Below are positions 35,575 through 44,778 of a stretch of DNA of 64,000 nucleotides, one piece after another. Made by a program: the position numbers and the translations under genes. The notes below the pieces were generated by a model. That model ran no database searches. It was given only the letters and a program-made list of their open reading frames with translations, and was not told the DNA's origin. How positions within the stretch are numbered: the first letter of the stretch is position 1; every line of letters begins with the position of its first letter. Source of the stretch: Actinomycetota bacterium (GTDB lineage Bacteria; Actinomycetota; UBA4738); the NCBI GenBank assembly GCA_036406615.1, contig DASXAQ010000103.1, positions 71,202 to 135,201 of the forward strand, read 5' to 3'.

Positions 35575-37616
35575 CCGGCATCCGGGGCCGGCACGTCTTC
35601 GGGCTCGCCCGCGGCTTCCGCTTCGCCGTCGACCGAGGGCGCCTCCGCCGGCGGCTGCGCGGCCTTGGTGCGGCTGCGGCTCTCCGCCTTGCGCGGGCGC
35701 CCGCGACGGGCCTTCGTCTCCTTCTTCTTGGCGTGCGCGTCGAGCAGCGCCTTGCGCTCGAGCTCGTTGGCGCGCAGCGCGCTCTCGACGGACGCGAGCT
35801 GTTCGTCGCTGGCGTCCAGCGAGTAGACCTCGCGCACGAACGTGGCCAGGTCCTTGCGATAGTCGTGGCCCTTCGCCTCGAACTGCCCTGGGATGACGTT
35901 CGCCGAGTTCTTCATGTCGATGAGGGTCTGCACGAACGTCGTGGGGCTGCGCCACTGCTCGGCCTTCGGCACGGTGGCCGCGCGCGCGGCGGCCGGCCCC
36001 AGCCAGTCGGGCGCGCGCGCGAGCAGGTCCAGCCCGAAGTGGGCCACACCGTCGTCGTCGTGGGTGATCATCACGTAGCGGAGCTTGCTTCGGGCCTCGG
36101 GGCCCAGGGCCTCGAGCTGCGCGAAGTCGTTGAACCTGCCGACCAGAGACCGGTCGACGTCGGCGCGTTCGCCTCTCAGCACCTGCTCCTTCCACTTGCT
36201 CATGTACGGCGAGCCGATCCACAGCGCCCGGTCGACACCGGCGTCGCGAAGCCCCTGCGTGCCGCGATGCTCGAACGCGTCCTGGCTCGTCCAGGCCCCC
36301 AGGCTCTCGCCGAAGAGCACCACGCGCGGCCGCTTGCCGGGCGGGCGTTCGGCGAGCGCGTTGTGGATGGCGTCGATCAGCATCCGGTACTGGTGCCGGC
36401 CCTCGTCGACGCGGTCCAGCGACAGCGGCGACGGCCGAAGGGAGTACTGCATGGTAACCGACGCCATGTTGCCGCGCGTGAAGTACTCGGCGGCCTCGAC
36501 CGCGACGTAGTTCACGTAGCCCGTGCCGGTGGGGGAGACGACCATCAGTAGCTCGCGGTCGAACGCGCCGGTTCGCTCCAGCTCCTTGATGGCCAGGTCG
36601 CGGCGCTCCAGCTCCGTCGGCGCGCTGCCCAGCCCGACGAAGACGCGGATGGGCTCCGCGACGGCCGGCTCGCCCATCACGTGCTCGATCAGCTCGGGGG
36701 TCAACGCCGTGGAGACGTTGCGCCGGCCCTGACGGCTGAGTGAGTCCCACGCGACCAGGCTCCCCGGCCCGCCGCTCACGAGCGACGACGTGGGGACGGC
36801 GGCGAACGCTTCCTCGATGGTCTCGGCTGCGTGTTCGATCTTGCGGTCGAAGCGCCGGATCAGTTCGTACAGCCCAGCGCCGATGGCCGTCAGCGCGACC
36901 GCGTGGCCGACCGGGCGGTACTGCCGCTCGGGGCCCGCCAGCGCCTTGGATAGCACGCGGCCCACGCCGGTGGCGAACCAGCGCTCACCGGTGGCGGCCA
37001 GGTTCAGCCCGACGGCCACACCGACCCCCATGCCGAATGACTTGGCCGCGGCCGCCTTCGAGTCCTCGCTGGCGTACTCGCCCGAGTCCGCCGCCTCCCA
37101 GCGCCGGCGCCGGTACTCGTTGACCGCCGCCAGGGCCGGACCGGCGAACAGGGAGACCGGGAACGACGCGTCGGCCCGGTCGCTTCGGCGCGTGATCACC
37201 TCCTGCATCACGCCGACCACGGTCCCGGCCACCCCGGTAGCCGTGAGCCACCATGCCGCGGTCCGGGCGACGCCGCGGGGCAGGCGCTCGCCGGGGCGCT
37301 GCTCGAGCGCCCGCTGGCCCGCGATGCCCGCGGCGATGGCGGCCAGGTCGAGGGCGATGCTCGCGCGCCGCCACGTGTGGCGGTCCGCCGACTCGGCCGT
37401 CGCGAACCGAAGGGCGACAGCCTCGATCGAGTCCTGGATCAGCGCGGCGAACCCGTAGTTGAGCGCGGTCGAGATGCCGGTCACCAGCGCCTGGTCGAGC
37501 GTGCTGCGAGGCATCAGGGTCGGCTGGAACGTGATCGGCATGACGGTGGCCGCCACGAGCGTTCCCGCCTGCTGTGTCCTGCCGCCGACCCCCGCGTTGG
37601 GCGATGGCCTGGTCAT
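35571..37616 (-). CDS. Membrane-anchored alpha/beta-hydrolase family protein (Abhydrolase_9/DUF2319-like) with basic AT-hook-like C-terminal tail
   Basis: N-terminal polytopic domain and a C-terminal domain with the GESLGA nucleophile elbow. The tail is ...KKKETKARRGRPRKAESRSRTK plus an acidic end. ATG at codon 106 of the track ORF, preceded by a G-rich SD. Confidence 0.6.
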   Translation of the reverse strand: MTRPSPNAGVGGRTQQAGTLVAATVMPITFQPTLMPRSTLDQALVTGISTALNYGFAALIQDSIEAVALRFATAESADRHTWRRASIALDLAAIAAGIAGQRALEQRPGERLPRGVARTAAWWLTATGVAGTVVGVMQEVITRRSDRADASFPVSLFAGPALAAVNEYRRRRWEAADSGEYASEDSKAAAAKSFGMGVGVAVGLNLAATGERWFATGVGRVLSKALAGPERQYRPVGHAVALTAIGAGLYELIRRFDRKIEHAAETIEEAFAAVPTSSLVSGGPGSLVAWDSLSRQGRRNVSTALTPELIEHVMGEPAVAEPIRVFVGLGSAPTELERRDLAIKELERTGAFDRELLMVVSPTGTGYVNYVAVEAAEYFTRGNMASVTMQYSLRPSPLSLDRVDEGRHQYRMLIDAIHNALAERPPGKRPRVVLFGESLGAWTSQDAFEHRGTQGLRDAGVDRALWIGSPYMSKWKEQVLRGERADVDRSLVGRFNDFAQLEALGPEARSKLRYVMITHDDDGVAHFGLDLLARAPDWLGPAAARAATVPKAEQWRSPTTFVQTLIDMKNSANVIPGQFEAKGHDYRKDLATFVREVYSLDASDEQLASVESALRANELERKALLDAHAKKKETKARRGRPRKAESRSRTKAAQPPAEAPSVDGEAEAAGEPEDVPAPDAG

Positions 37617-37808
37617 GGTCCCCCCGTCGTTTCGGTCTTCGGTCCCGCGATCCTGGACGGGTCGCGATGGCTCGCGCTTCACCCCATCGGCGTGAAACGG
37701 GCGCCACCCGCGAAGGCTATCCTCGGGCGGGTGAGTGGGGCGAATCGGCAAGCGGAGCCCGGGAGCGGATCCTCCGGCGTGAGGCTGTCCGTGCCCGCGT
37801 CGTTCGAC

Positions 37809-39239
37809 ATGCCGGCGTTCGACCTCTCGGAGTCCGTGGCCATCCGGCAGGAGGAGCCCGAGCGCTTCCAGGTCGTGTTCCTCGACACCGACGACCTGCG
37901 CCTGGCGCGATGGGGCGCGAGCCTGCGGCACCGGAGCGGTGCCGGGTGGACGGCGTCGCTGCCGGCCGCAGAGGGACGCGCGCCGCTCGCCGCCGGCCGG
38001 TACGACTACCCGGATGCGACGAACGCGCCGCCGCCCGCGGCCGTGGACCTGCTGCGTGGGTTCGCGCGTTCCGAGCCGCTGAAGCCCGTCGCCAGGCTGC
38101 GGACGCAGCGCCGGCGCGTCGAGGCGCGAAACGGGGACGACGCGTCGGCGGAACTGGTCGACGATGAGGTGTCGGTGCTGTCGGGGCGTCGGATCGCGGC
38201 CCGGTACCGGCGCCTCAGCCTGTTCGCGCCGGCCGGGGCGGGCCGCGACCTGATGGGGGCGATGGAGGCGGAGCTACGCGCGGCCGGCGCCGGTCCCGGC
38301 GATCCCACGCCCGACCACGTGGCGGCGCTCGGCCCGCGGGCGACGGGCCCGCCGGACGTCGTGTCGCCGGAGCTTCCACCCGATCCTACGGCGGCCGACC
38401 TCGTTCGCGCCGCGATGGCCTCCGCCGTGACGCTGCTGATCTGCCATCACGCCGCCGTGGTGGTTGGGGAGGACCCGGAGGGCGTGCATCAGGCGCGGAT
38501 CGCGAGCCGAAAGGTTCGCTCCACGCTGCGCACGTTCGCCGCTGTACTCGATCCCGAGTGGACCGAATCCTTGCGCGAAGAGGTCGGCTGGCTCGGCGGG
38601 GTGCTCGGGGACGCGCGAGACGCGGACGTCCTGTCGGCGCGCCTGCGCGAGCGGGCCCCGATGCTCGCGGAGGGCTCGGCCGGGCTCGACGCGCTTCTGG
38701 AGGCCGCGGAGTCGGCGCGTTCGGACGCGCGATCGGCCATGCTCCTGCAGTACCGCGGGCCGCGATACGCGGTGCTGCTCGACCGGCTGGTGGAGGCCGC
38801 GCGGGAGCCGGCGTTCGTTCCGGTCGCCGGCGATCCGGCGAGCTCGCTGGTGCCCGGCCTTCGCGAGCAGTGGCGCGCGGTTCGCCGCGCGGGCAAAGCG
38901 GCCCGCCAGGCGGGCACCGACGACGACCTGCACGAGCTGCGCATCCTGGCGAAGCGCTGCCGCTACTCGGCCGAGTCGCTCGCCCCGGTGGGAGGCAAGC
39001 GCGCCAGGTCCTTCGCCGCGGCCGCGGGGCGTCTGCAGGCCGTGCTCGGCGAACACAACGACGCGGTCACCGCACAGCGGTGGCTGCGGGAGTGGTCGTC
39101 GGGGAGGTCGTCCGCGGCGGAGGCGTTCACGGCCGGCGAGATGGCCGGCATCGAACGCGGCGTCGCCGCGGCCGCCCGCGATCGATGGCACAAGGCGTGG
39201 CGCGCGCTGGCCGAGCGCGACCCCGCCGACTGGCGCTGA
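37809..39239 (+). CDS. CYTH + CHAD domain protein (polyphosphate-granule-associated type)
   Basis: CHAD repeats with conserved His/Arg (HQARIASRKVRSTLRTF, LHELRILAKRCRYSAE) and an N-terminal CYTH-like region. ATG at codon 145; alternative GTG 37779. Confidence 0.65.
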   Translation: MPAFDLSESVAIRQEEPERFQVVFLDTDDLRLARWGASLRHRSGAGWTASLPAAEGRAPLAAGRYDYPDATNAPPPAAVDLLRGFARSEPLKPVARLRTQRRRVEARNGDDASAELVDDEVSVLSGRRIAARYRRLSLFAPAGAGRDLMGAMEAELRAAGAGPGDPTPDHVAALGPRATGPPDVVSPELPPDPTAADLVRAAMASAVTLLICHHAAVVVGEDPEGVHQARIASRKVRSTLRTFAAVLDPEWTESLREEVGWLGGVLGDARDADVLSARLRERAPMLAEGSAGLDALLEAAESARSDARSAMLLQYRGPRYAVLLDRLVEAAREPAFVPVAGDPASSLVPGLREQWRAVRRAGKAARQAGTDDDLHELRILAKRCRYSAESLAPVGGKRARSFAAAAGRLQAVLGEHNDAVTAQRWLREWSSGRSSAAEAFTAGEMAGIERGVAAAARDRWHKAWRALAERDPADWR

Positions 39240-39288
39240 CGCTGGGGCGGTTGCCGCCGGGGATCGGGCTCCCCTAGGGTTCGGACTG

Positions 39289-40533
39289 ATGGCCAAGGAC
39301 CTGTACGGCGTCGGGGAGATCCCACCGGTCGGTGAGGTACCGGCGCGCATGCACGCGCAGCTGGTTCGCCCCGACCGCTACGGCGATCCGGAGAAGGCGA
39401 TCCAGGACGAGGTCATCGACGTGCCGGAGATCGGGCCGCACGAGGCGCTCGTGATGGTCATGGCCGCGGGCGTGAACTTCAACAACGTGTGGGCCGCGCG
39501 CGGCGTGCCCGTCGACGTCACGAAGACCCAGGCCCGCTGGGGCGAGCCGACGGACTTCCACATCGTCGGATCGGACGCGTCCGGGGTCGTGTACTCCGTC
39601 GGGGACCAGGTGACGAACGTGAAGGTCGGCGACCGCGTGATCGTGCATGCGGGGCAGTGGGACCCGGACGACCCGAGCGCCGCCGACGGGCAGGACCCCG
39701 GCCTGGCCGACTCGTTCCGCGTCTGGGGATACGACACGTGCTGGGGTTCGTTCGCCCAGTTCTGCAAGGTGCAGGCGCATCAGTGCCTTCCGAAGGCGGA
39801 GCGATTGTCGTGGGAGGAGGCGGCCGCCCCGACGCTGACCGGCGCCACGGCGTACCGGATGCTGTTCGGGTGGCCGCCCAACACCGTGCGCGAGGGGGAC
39901 GTGGTCCTCGTGTGGGGCGGCTCCGGCGGATTGGGGTCGATGGCGGTGCAGCTCGTGACGCAGGCCGGCGGGCGCGCGGTCGCGGTCGTGTCGTCGCAGC
40001 GCAAGGGGGAGTTCGCGAAGTCCCTGGGCGCCGTCGGCTATGTCGATCGCACCCAGTTCTCGCATTGGGGCGTACCCCCGGCGTGGGACTCGCCCGAGTG
40101 GAAGCAGTGGTTCGACGGCGCGAAGGCCTTCGGCAAGGCGGTCTGGGATGTGCTCGGCGAACGGGTGAGCCCGCGGATCGTGTTCGACCATCCCGGTCAG
40201 GACACGATCCCCACGTCGATCTTCGTGTGCGATCGCGGGGGCATGGTCGTCATCTGCGCGGGCACCAGCGGCTACGACACGGTGGTCGACGTCCGCTACC
40301 TCTGGTACATGCAGAAGCGCTACCAGGGTTCGCACCTGTTCAACGACGAACAGGCGGCCGCGTTCAACGACCTGGTCCGCGACGGCAAGATCCAGACGAC
40401 GCTCGGGCACACGTACAGCTACGACCAGAGCGGCCTCGCCCATCAGCTGATGGGCGATGGAAAGCTGCCCGAGGGCAACGTCGCGGTGTTGATCAACAGC
40501 CCAGGACCCGGGCTAAAAGACCTGCCGTCGTAG
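39289..40533 (+). CDS. ccr: Crotonyl-CoA carboxylase/reductase
   Basis: N-terminal MHAQLVRPDRYGDPEKAIQDEVIDVPEIGPHEALVMVMAAGVNFNNVWAARGVP matches the CCR family (MDR superfamily). 414 aa. Start at codon 276 of the track ORF. Confidence 0.85.
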   Translation: MAKDLYGVGEIPPVGEVPARMHAQLVRPDRYGDPEKAIQDEVIDVPEIGPHEALVMVMAAGVNFNNVWAARGVPVDVTKTQARWGEPTDFHIVGSDASGVVYSVGDQVTNVKVGDRVIVHAGQWDPDDPSAADGQDPGLADSFRVWGYDTCWGSFAQFCKVQAHQCLPKAERLSWEEAAAPTLTGATAYRMLFGWPPNTVREGDVVLVWGGSGGLGSMAVQLVTQAGGRAVAVVSSQRKGEFAKSLGAVGYVDRTQFSHWGVPPAWDSPEWKQWFDGAKAFGKAVWDVLGERVSPRIVFDHPGQDTIPTSIFVCDRGGMVVICAGTSGYDTVVDVRYLWYMQKRYQGSHLFNDEQAAAFNDLVRDGKIQTTLGHTYSYDQSGLAHQLMGDGKLPEGNVAVLINSPGPGLKDLPS

Positions 40534-40570
40534 ACTCGCTCCACGTCTCGTCGTCGTGGAAGGAGCGCTG

Positions 40571-42946
40571 GTGAGCGAAGGTGCGATGGCGATGGAATCG
40601 CGCGAGTCCGAAGAGGATCTCGACGCGCCACGCCACTGGGAAGGCACCGAATGGCGGCAGGGTTCCATCCTCGGCCATCCGGTGCGACGCACCGAGGATC
40701 CGCGGTTCCTGCGAGGCGAGGCTCTGTATACGGAGGACCTCCCCGCCGACGGGGCGCTGTGGGCAGCGTTCGTTCGCTCGCCGCTGCCGCACGCGAAGGT
40801 CCTGAGCGTCGAGACGGCCGACGCGACCGCGATGCCGGGCGTCGCGGGCGTCTGGACGGCGTCGGACCTCGCGCTTCCCGACATCAAGCCGGACGGCGAC
40901 GCGCCCGAGTTCACGGCACGGCCCATCCTGGCGACGGATCGCGTGCGGTTCGCCGGCGAGCCGGTGGCCGTCGTGCTGGCGCAGACACGCGCGCAGGCGG
41001 ACGACGCGGCGGAGGCGGTGTTCGTGGACTACGGGGCGCTTCCTACCGTCGTCGATCCCATGGCGGCGCTGGAAACCGGTGCGCCGCAACTGTTCGACGG
41101 GCTCGGTTCCAACGTGATCGTGGAGCACGAGCCGGAGGACGACCCGCGCGCGCTCGATGACGCCGAGGTGATCGTCAAGGGCCGGTTCGTCAACCCGCGC
41201 GTGGCGCCGGTGCCGATGGAGCCGAACGGCGCGCTGGCGGTGCCGGATCCCGAGACCGGCGGACTGACCGCGTGGATCCCGTGTCAGGCGCCGTTCTGGG
41301 TCCGGAAGGACCTGGCGCGATCGCTCGGGCTCGAGCGTGAGCAGGTGCGCGTGATCGCGCCGGCCGTGGGCGGCGGGTTCGGCGCGAAGGTGGGCACGTA
41401 TCCGGAGCAGACCGTCGTGGCCGCGCTCGCGATGCGGCTCGGCCAGCCGGTGCGCTACGTGGAAAGCCGCTCCGAGAACATGGTCTCGATGACCCACGGC
41501 CGCGACCAGATCCAGGAGGTGGAGCTCGGCGCGACGCGCGACGGCATCCTGACCGGGCTGCGCGTGCGCGTGATCGCCGACACGGGCGCCTACCCCTTCG
41601 GCGGAGTGTACCTGCCGGAGCTCACGAAGATGATGGCGTGCGGTGTGTACCGCATCCCGCGCGTCGACTTCCATTCGTTCTGCGTCGCGACGAACAAGAC
41701 CCCTACCGACGCGTATCGTGGCGCCGGTCGCCCCGAGGCCGCCGCGATGATCGAACGGGCGATGGACCTGCTGGCGGTGGAGCTCCAGATGGATCCGGCG
41801 GAGCTTCGACGCAAGAATTTCATTCCGCCGCAGGACTTTCCGCTGGAGACGGTGACGGGTGGCAAGTACGACGTCGGCGAGTACGAGCGCGCCATGGACG
41901 AGGCGCTGCGCCTTGCGGACTACGAGACGCTGCGCCGCGAGCAGCGCGAGCGCCGGCAGCGCGGCGACCGGGTGCAGCTCGGCATCGGGCTGAGCACCTA
42001 CGTCGAGGTGACGGGGTTCGGGTCGGAGTTCGGCGCGGTCGAGGTGCACGAGGACGCGACCGCAACCGTGCGGACCGGGATCTCCCCGCACGGGCAGGGC
42101 CACGAGACCGCGCTCGCGCAGCTGGTCGAAGGGGTGCTCGGCATCCCGATGGCGAACGTGACCGTGCTGCACTCGGACACGAGCAAGGTGCCGAAGGGAG
42201 ACGGCACGATGGGATCGCGCTCGCTGCAGGTCGGCGGCAGCGCGGTGTGGACCGCCAGCCGAACGGTGCTGGACAAGGCGAAGCGCATCGCGGGGCACCT
42301 GCTGGAAGCCAGCCCAGACGACGTCGAGCTGTCCGACGACGGCCGGTTCCAGGTCGTCGGCGCGCCCGACACGGCCATCGGCTGGCCGGCCGTGGCGAAG
42401 GCGGCGGCCGACGGCGTCCGGCTTCCCGACGGGCTGGAGATGGACCTGGCCGCCGAAGGGGACTTCGACGCCGGCGGCACCACGTTCCCGTTCGGCGCGC
42501 ACGTGGCGGTCGCTGAGGTCGACACGGAGACCGGCGACGTGCGGTTGGTGCGGCTGGTGGCCATCGACGACTGCGGGCGCATCCTCAACCCGATGCTCGT
42601 CGAAGGGCAGGTGCACGGCGGCCTCGCTCAGGGCTCGGCGCAGGCGCTCTACGAGGGCGTCGAATACGACCCGGACGGCAACCCGCTGTCCGGCAGCCTG
42701 CTGACGTACGGCTTCCCCAGCGCGGCCGAGCTTCCGTCGTTCGAGACCGCGCACACCGAGACTCCGACGCACATGAATCCATTGGGCGCCAAGGGGATCG
42801 GGGAGTCCGGCACGATCGGGTCGACTCCAGCGGTCCAGAACGCGGCCGTCGACGCGGTGGCGCACCTCGGCGTGAAGCACATCGACATGCCGCTCACGCC
42901 CGAGCGGGTCTGGCGGGCCATCCGGGACGCGCGCACCGGCGGCTGA
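40571..42946 (+). CDS. Molybdopterin-dependent xanthine dehydrogenase-family large subunit (form II CoxL-like, AYRGAGR motif)
   Basis: Aldehyde oxidase/xanthine dehydrogenase MoCo-binding domains and the TDAYRGAGRPEA motif. SD GGAAGGAG (40558-40565) before the GTG at 40571. No adjacent medium or small subunit genes. Confidence 0.8.
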   Translation: MSEGAMAMESRESEEDLDAPRHWEGTEWRQGSILGHPVRRTEDPRFLRGEALYTEDLPADGALWAAFVRSPLPHAKVLSVETADATAMPGVAGVWTASDLALPDIKPDGDAPEFTARPILATDRVRFAGEPVAVVLAQTRAQADDAAEAVFVDYGALPTVVDPMAALETGAPQLFDGLGSNVIVEHEPEDDPRALDDAEVIVKGRFVNPRVAPVPMEPNGALAVPDPETGGLTAWIPCQAPFWVRKDLARSLGLEREQVRVIAPAVGGGFGAKVGTYPEQTVVAALAMRLGQPVRYVESRSENMVSMTHGRDQIQEVELGATRDGILTGLRVRVIADTGAYPFGGVYLPELTKMMACGVYRIPRVDFHSFCVATNKTPTDAYRGAGRPEAAAMIERAMDLLAVELQMDPAELRRKNFIPPQDFPLETVTGGKYDVGEYERAMDEALRLADYETLRREQRERRQRGDRVQLGIGLSTYVEVTGFGSEFGAVEVHEDATATVRTGISPHGQGHETALAQLVEGVLGIPMANVTVLHSDTSKVPKGDGTMGSRSLQVGGSAVWTASRTVLDKAKRIAGHLLEASPDDVELSDDGRFQVVGAPDTAIGWPAVAKAAADGVRLPDGLEMDLAAEGDFDAGGTTFPFGAHVAVAEVDTETGDVRLVRLVAIDDCGRILNPMLVEGQVHGGLAQGSAQALYEGVEYDPDGNPLSGSLLTYGFPSAAELPSFETAHTETPTHMNPLGAKGIGESGTIGSTPAVQNAAVDAVAHLGVKHIDMPLTPERVWRAIRDARTGG

Positions 42947-42962
42947 GGCCCCGAGGCGTTCC

Positions 42963-43841
42963 GTGCCATTGACGATTTGTCGCGTCGAGGACCCGGCCGA
43001 GTTCGCCGACCTCGCGTCGCCGTACCTGTTGCAAAACGAGGCGCGCCACAACCTGGAGCTCGGGATCCTGGACCGGCTTCGCGACGATCCGAGCGCAGTC
43101 GGGGACGAGCCGGCGCACCTGGCTGCCGCACTGCACGGCGCCGACGTGGTCGGGATCGCGATGCGAACGCCCCCGCACAACCTGCTGCTCTCGGCGGCCG
43201 ACCCGGCCGCGATCCCACCGCTCGCCGACGACCTGCGTGAGCGCTTCGAACAGCTTCGCGGGATACTGTCGGACCCGCCGACGGCCGCGGCGTTCGCTGC
43301 TCGCTGGGGCGAGCTGACCGGACAGGAGGCCACGCCGGGCATGCCGCAGCGGATCTACGAATTGACGCGCGCTCCCGACCAGCCCGACGCCCCCGGCCGG
43401 TACCGGATCGCCCGGCATCGCGACCGCGACCTGCTCGTGCGGTGGATCGAGGAATTCACCGCGGAGGCGGTCCCCGACCAGGCCGGCGATGACGTCGAAC
43501 GGTTCGTCGGGCGCCGCCTCGACGCCGGCGGCCGAAGCTTCGTCCTGTGGGAGGACGGCGAGCCCGTGTCGCTCGCCGGCGTCGGCGCGTTCACGCCGAA
43601 CGGTGCGCGCATCGGCCCGGTGTACACGCCGCCGGCCGTCCGGGGGCGCGGCTACGCCGCGGCCGTCGTGGCCCGGCTTTGCCGCGACCTGCTGGAGTCG
43701 GGCCGGCGCTTCTGTTTCCTGTTCACCGATCGGCGCAACGCGACGTCGAACCGCCTGTACGTCCGCCTGGGGTACGAGCCGGTGTGCGACATACAGGAGG
43801 TGCGGTTCAGCGAAGCGCCGGCAGGACCTCCTTCCCGATGA
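42963..43841 (+). CDS. GNAT-family N-acetyltransferase (C-terminal acetyltransferase domain)
   Basis: C-terminal GNAT core (GPVYTPPAVRGRGYAAAVVARL...RLGY). GTG start. Confidence 0.6.
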   Translation: MPLTICRVEDPAEFADLASPYLLQNEARHNLELGILDRLRDDPSAVGDEPAHLAAALHGADVVGIAMRTPPHNLLLSAADPAAIPPLADDLRERFEQLRGILSDPPTAAAFAARWGELTGQEATPGMPQRIYELTRAPDQPDAPGRYRIARHRDRDLLVRWIEEFTAEAVPDQAGDDVERFVGRRLDAGGRSFVLWEDGEPVSLAGVGAFTPNGARIGPVYTPPAVRGRGYAAAVVARLCRDLLESGRRFCFLFTDRRNATSNRLYVRLGYEPVCDIQEVRFSEAPAGPPSR

Positions 43842-44778
43842 GCTCGATGGCTCGCTCCGGCTCGGCCGTGGCCACCTGGATGGAGACCAGGTCCGCGGCG
43901 AGGTCGCGCGCCAGCGGACCATAGATCTCCACCAGGTCCCGTGCGCCGGATGCGACCGGATACGAGGCCAGCACCTCCGATCGGTCCAGGGCGTCGGCCC
44001 GTTCGCGCAGGACGCGTGGGCTCGTGACGGTGTCACGACCGGGGGCGCGCAGGCCGCGGAGCGGACGCACGGCTCGCCACGCCTCCTCTTCATCGCCCGC
44101 CAGGACGCACCAGCGCGTGGCCAGGACCGGCAGTGGGCCGCGAGGAGCCGCGGCTTCGCGGAACGGTTCGATCACCCGGGTCCGCGTGCGCTCGACGTCC
44201 TTGACGCTGGTGATGAGGCCGTCGGCGATCCGCCCGGCCGTTGCCGCCGAACGCGGCCCGTCCGCGGCCATCCAGACCGGGATGGGACGAAGCGGAGGGG
44301 TCGCCAGGCGGACGTGATCCAGCCGGAAGTGGTCGCCGGCGAGCGTGACCTCTTCGCCGGACCAGAGTGCTCGCATGGCGGTGACCGCCTCCACGAGGCG
44401 CTCCAACCGGTCCGGGGCCGGCATGGACGGTGCTCCAAGCGGCGCCTCGTGGATCGCGAGTCCCGTCCCCACGCCCAGCGCGAAGCGGCCGCCGCTGAGG
44501 CGGTCCAGCGTGGCCGACGCCTGCGCGATCACGGCCGGGTGGTGGCGGAACCACGCCGCGGTGACGGTCGTGATGAGCCGAATGCGATCGGTTCGCGCAG
44601 CGGCCGCGCCCAGCCACGTCCACGCGTCGCCGGCCGCGCCGGCGTCGTCGACCCACGGATGGAACGGATCGGAGACCGTCACGGCGTCGAATCCGGCGCG
44701 CTCGGCCAGCTCGGCCTGGCGCAGCAGCGACTCGGGTTGGAATACCTCCAGCGCGCACATCCAGGCGAAGGACGTCAT
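43807..44778 (-). CDS. LLM-class F420-dependent oxidoreductase (luciferase-like monooxygenase fold)
   Basis: Luciferase-like TIM-barrel motifs (FDAVTVSDPFHPW, GRFALGVGTG). ATG at codon 252 of the track ORF overlaps the upstream stop (ATGA). Confidence 0.75.
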   Translation of the reverse strand: MTSFAWMCALEVFQPESLLRQAELAERAGFDAVTVSDPFHPWVDDAGAAGDAWTWLGAAAARTDRIRLITTVTAAWFRHHPAVIAQASATLDRLSGGRFALGVGTGLAIHEAPLGAPSMPAPDRLERLVEAVTAMRALWSGEEVTLAGDHFRLDHVRLATPPLRPIPVWMAADGPRSAATAGRIADGLITSVKDVERTRTRVIEPFREAAAPRGPLPVLATRWCVLAGDEEEAWRAVRPLRGLRAPGRDTVTSPRVLRERADALDRSEVLASYPVASGARDLVEIYGPLARDLAADLVSIQVATAEPERAIELIGKEVLPALR

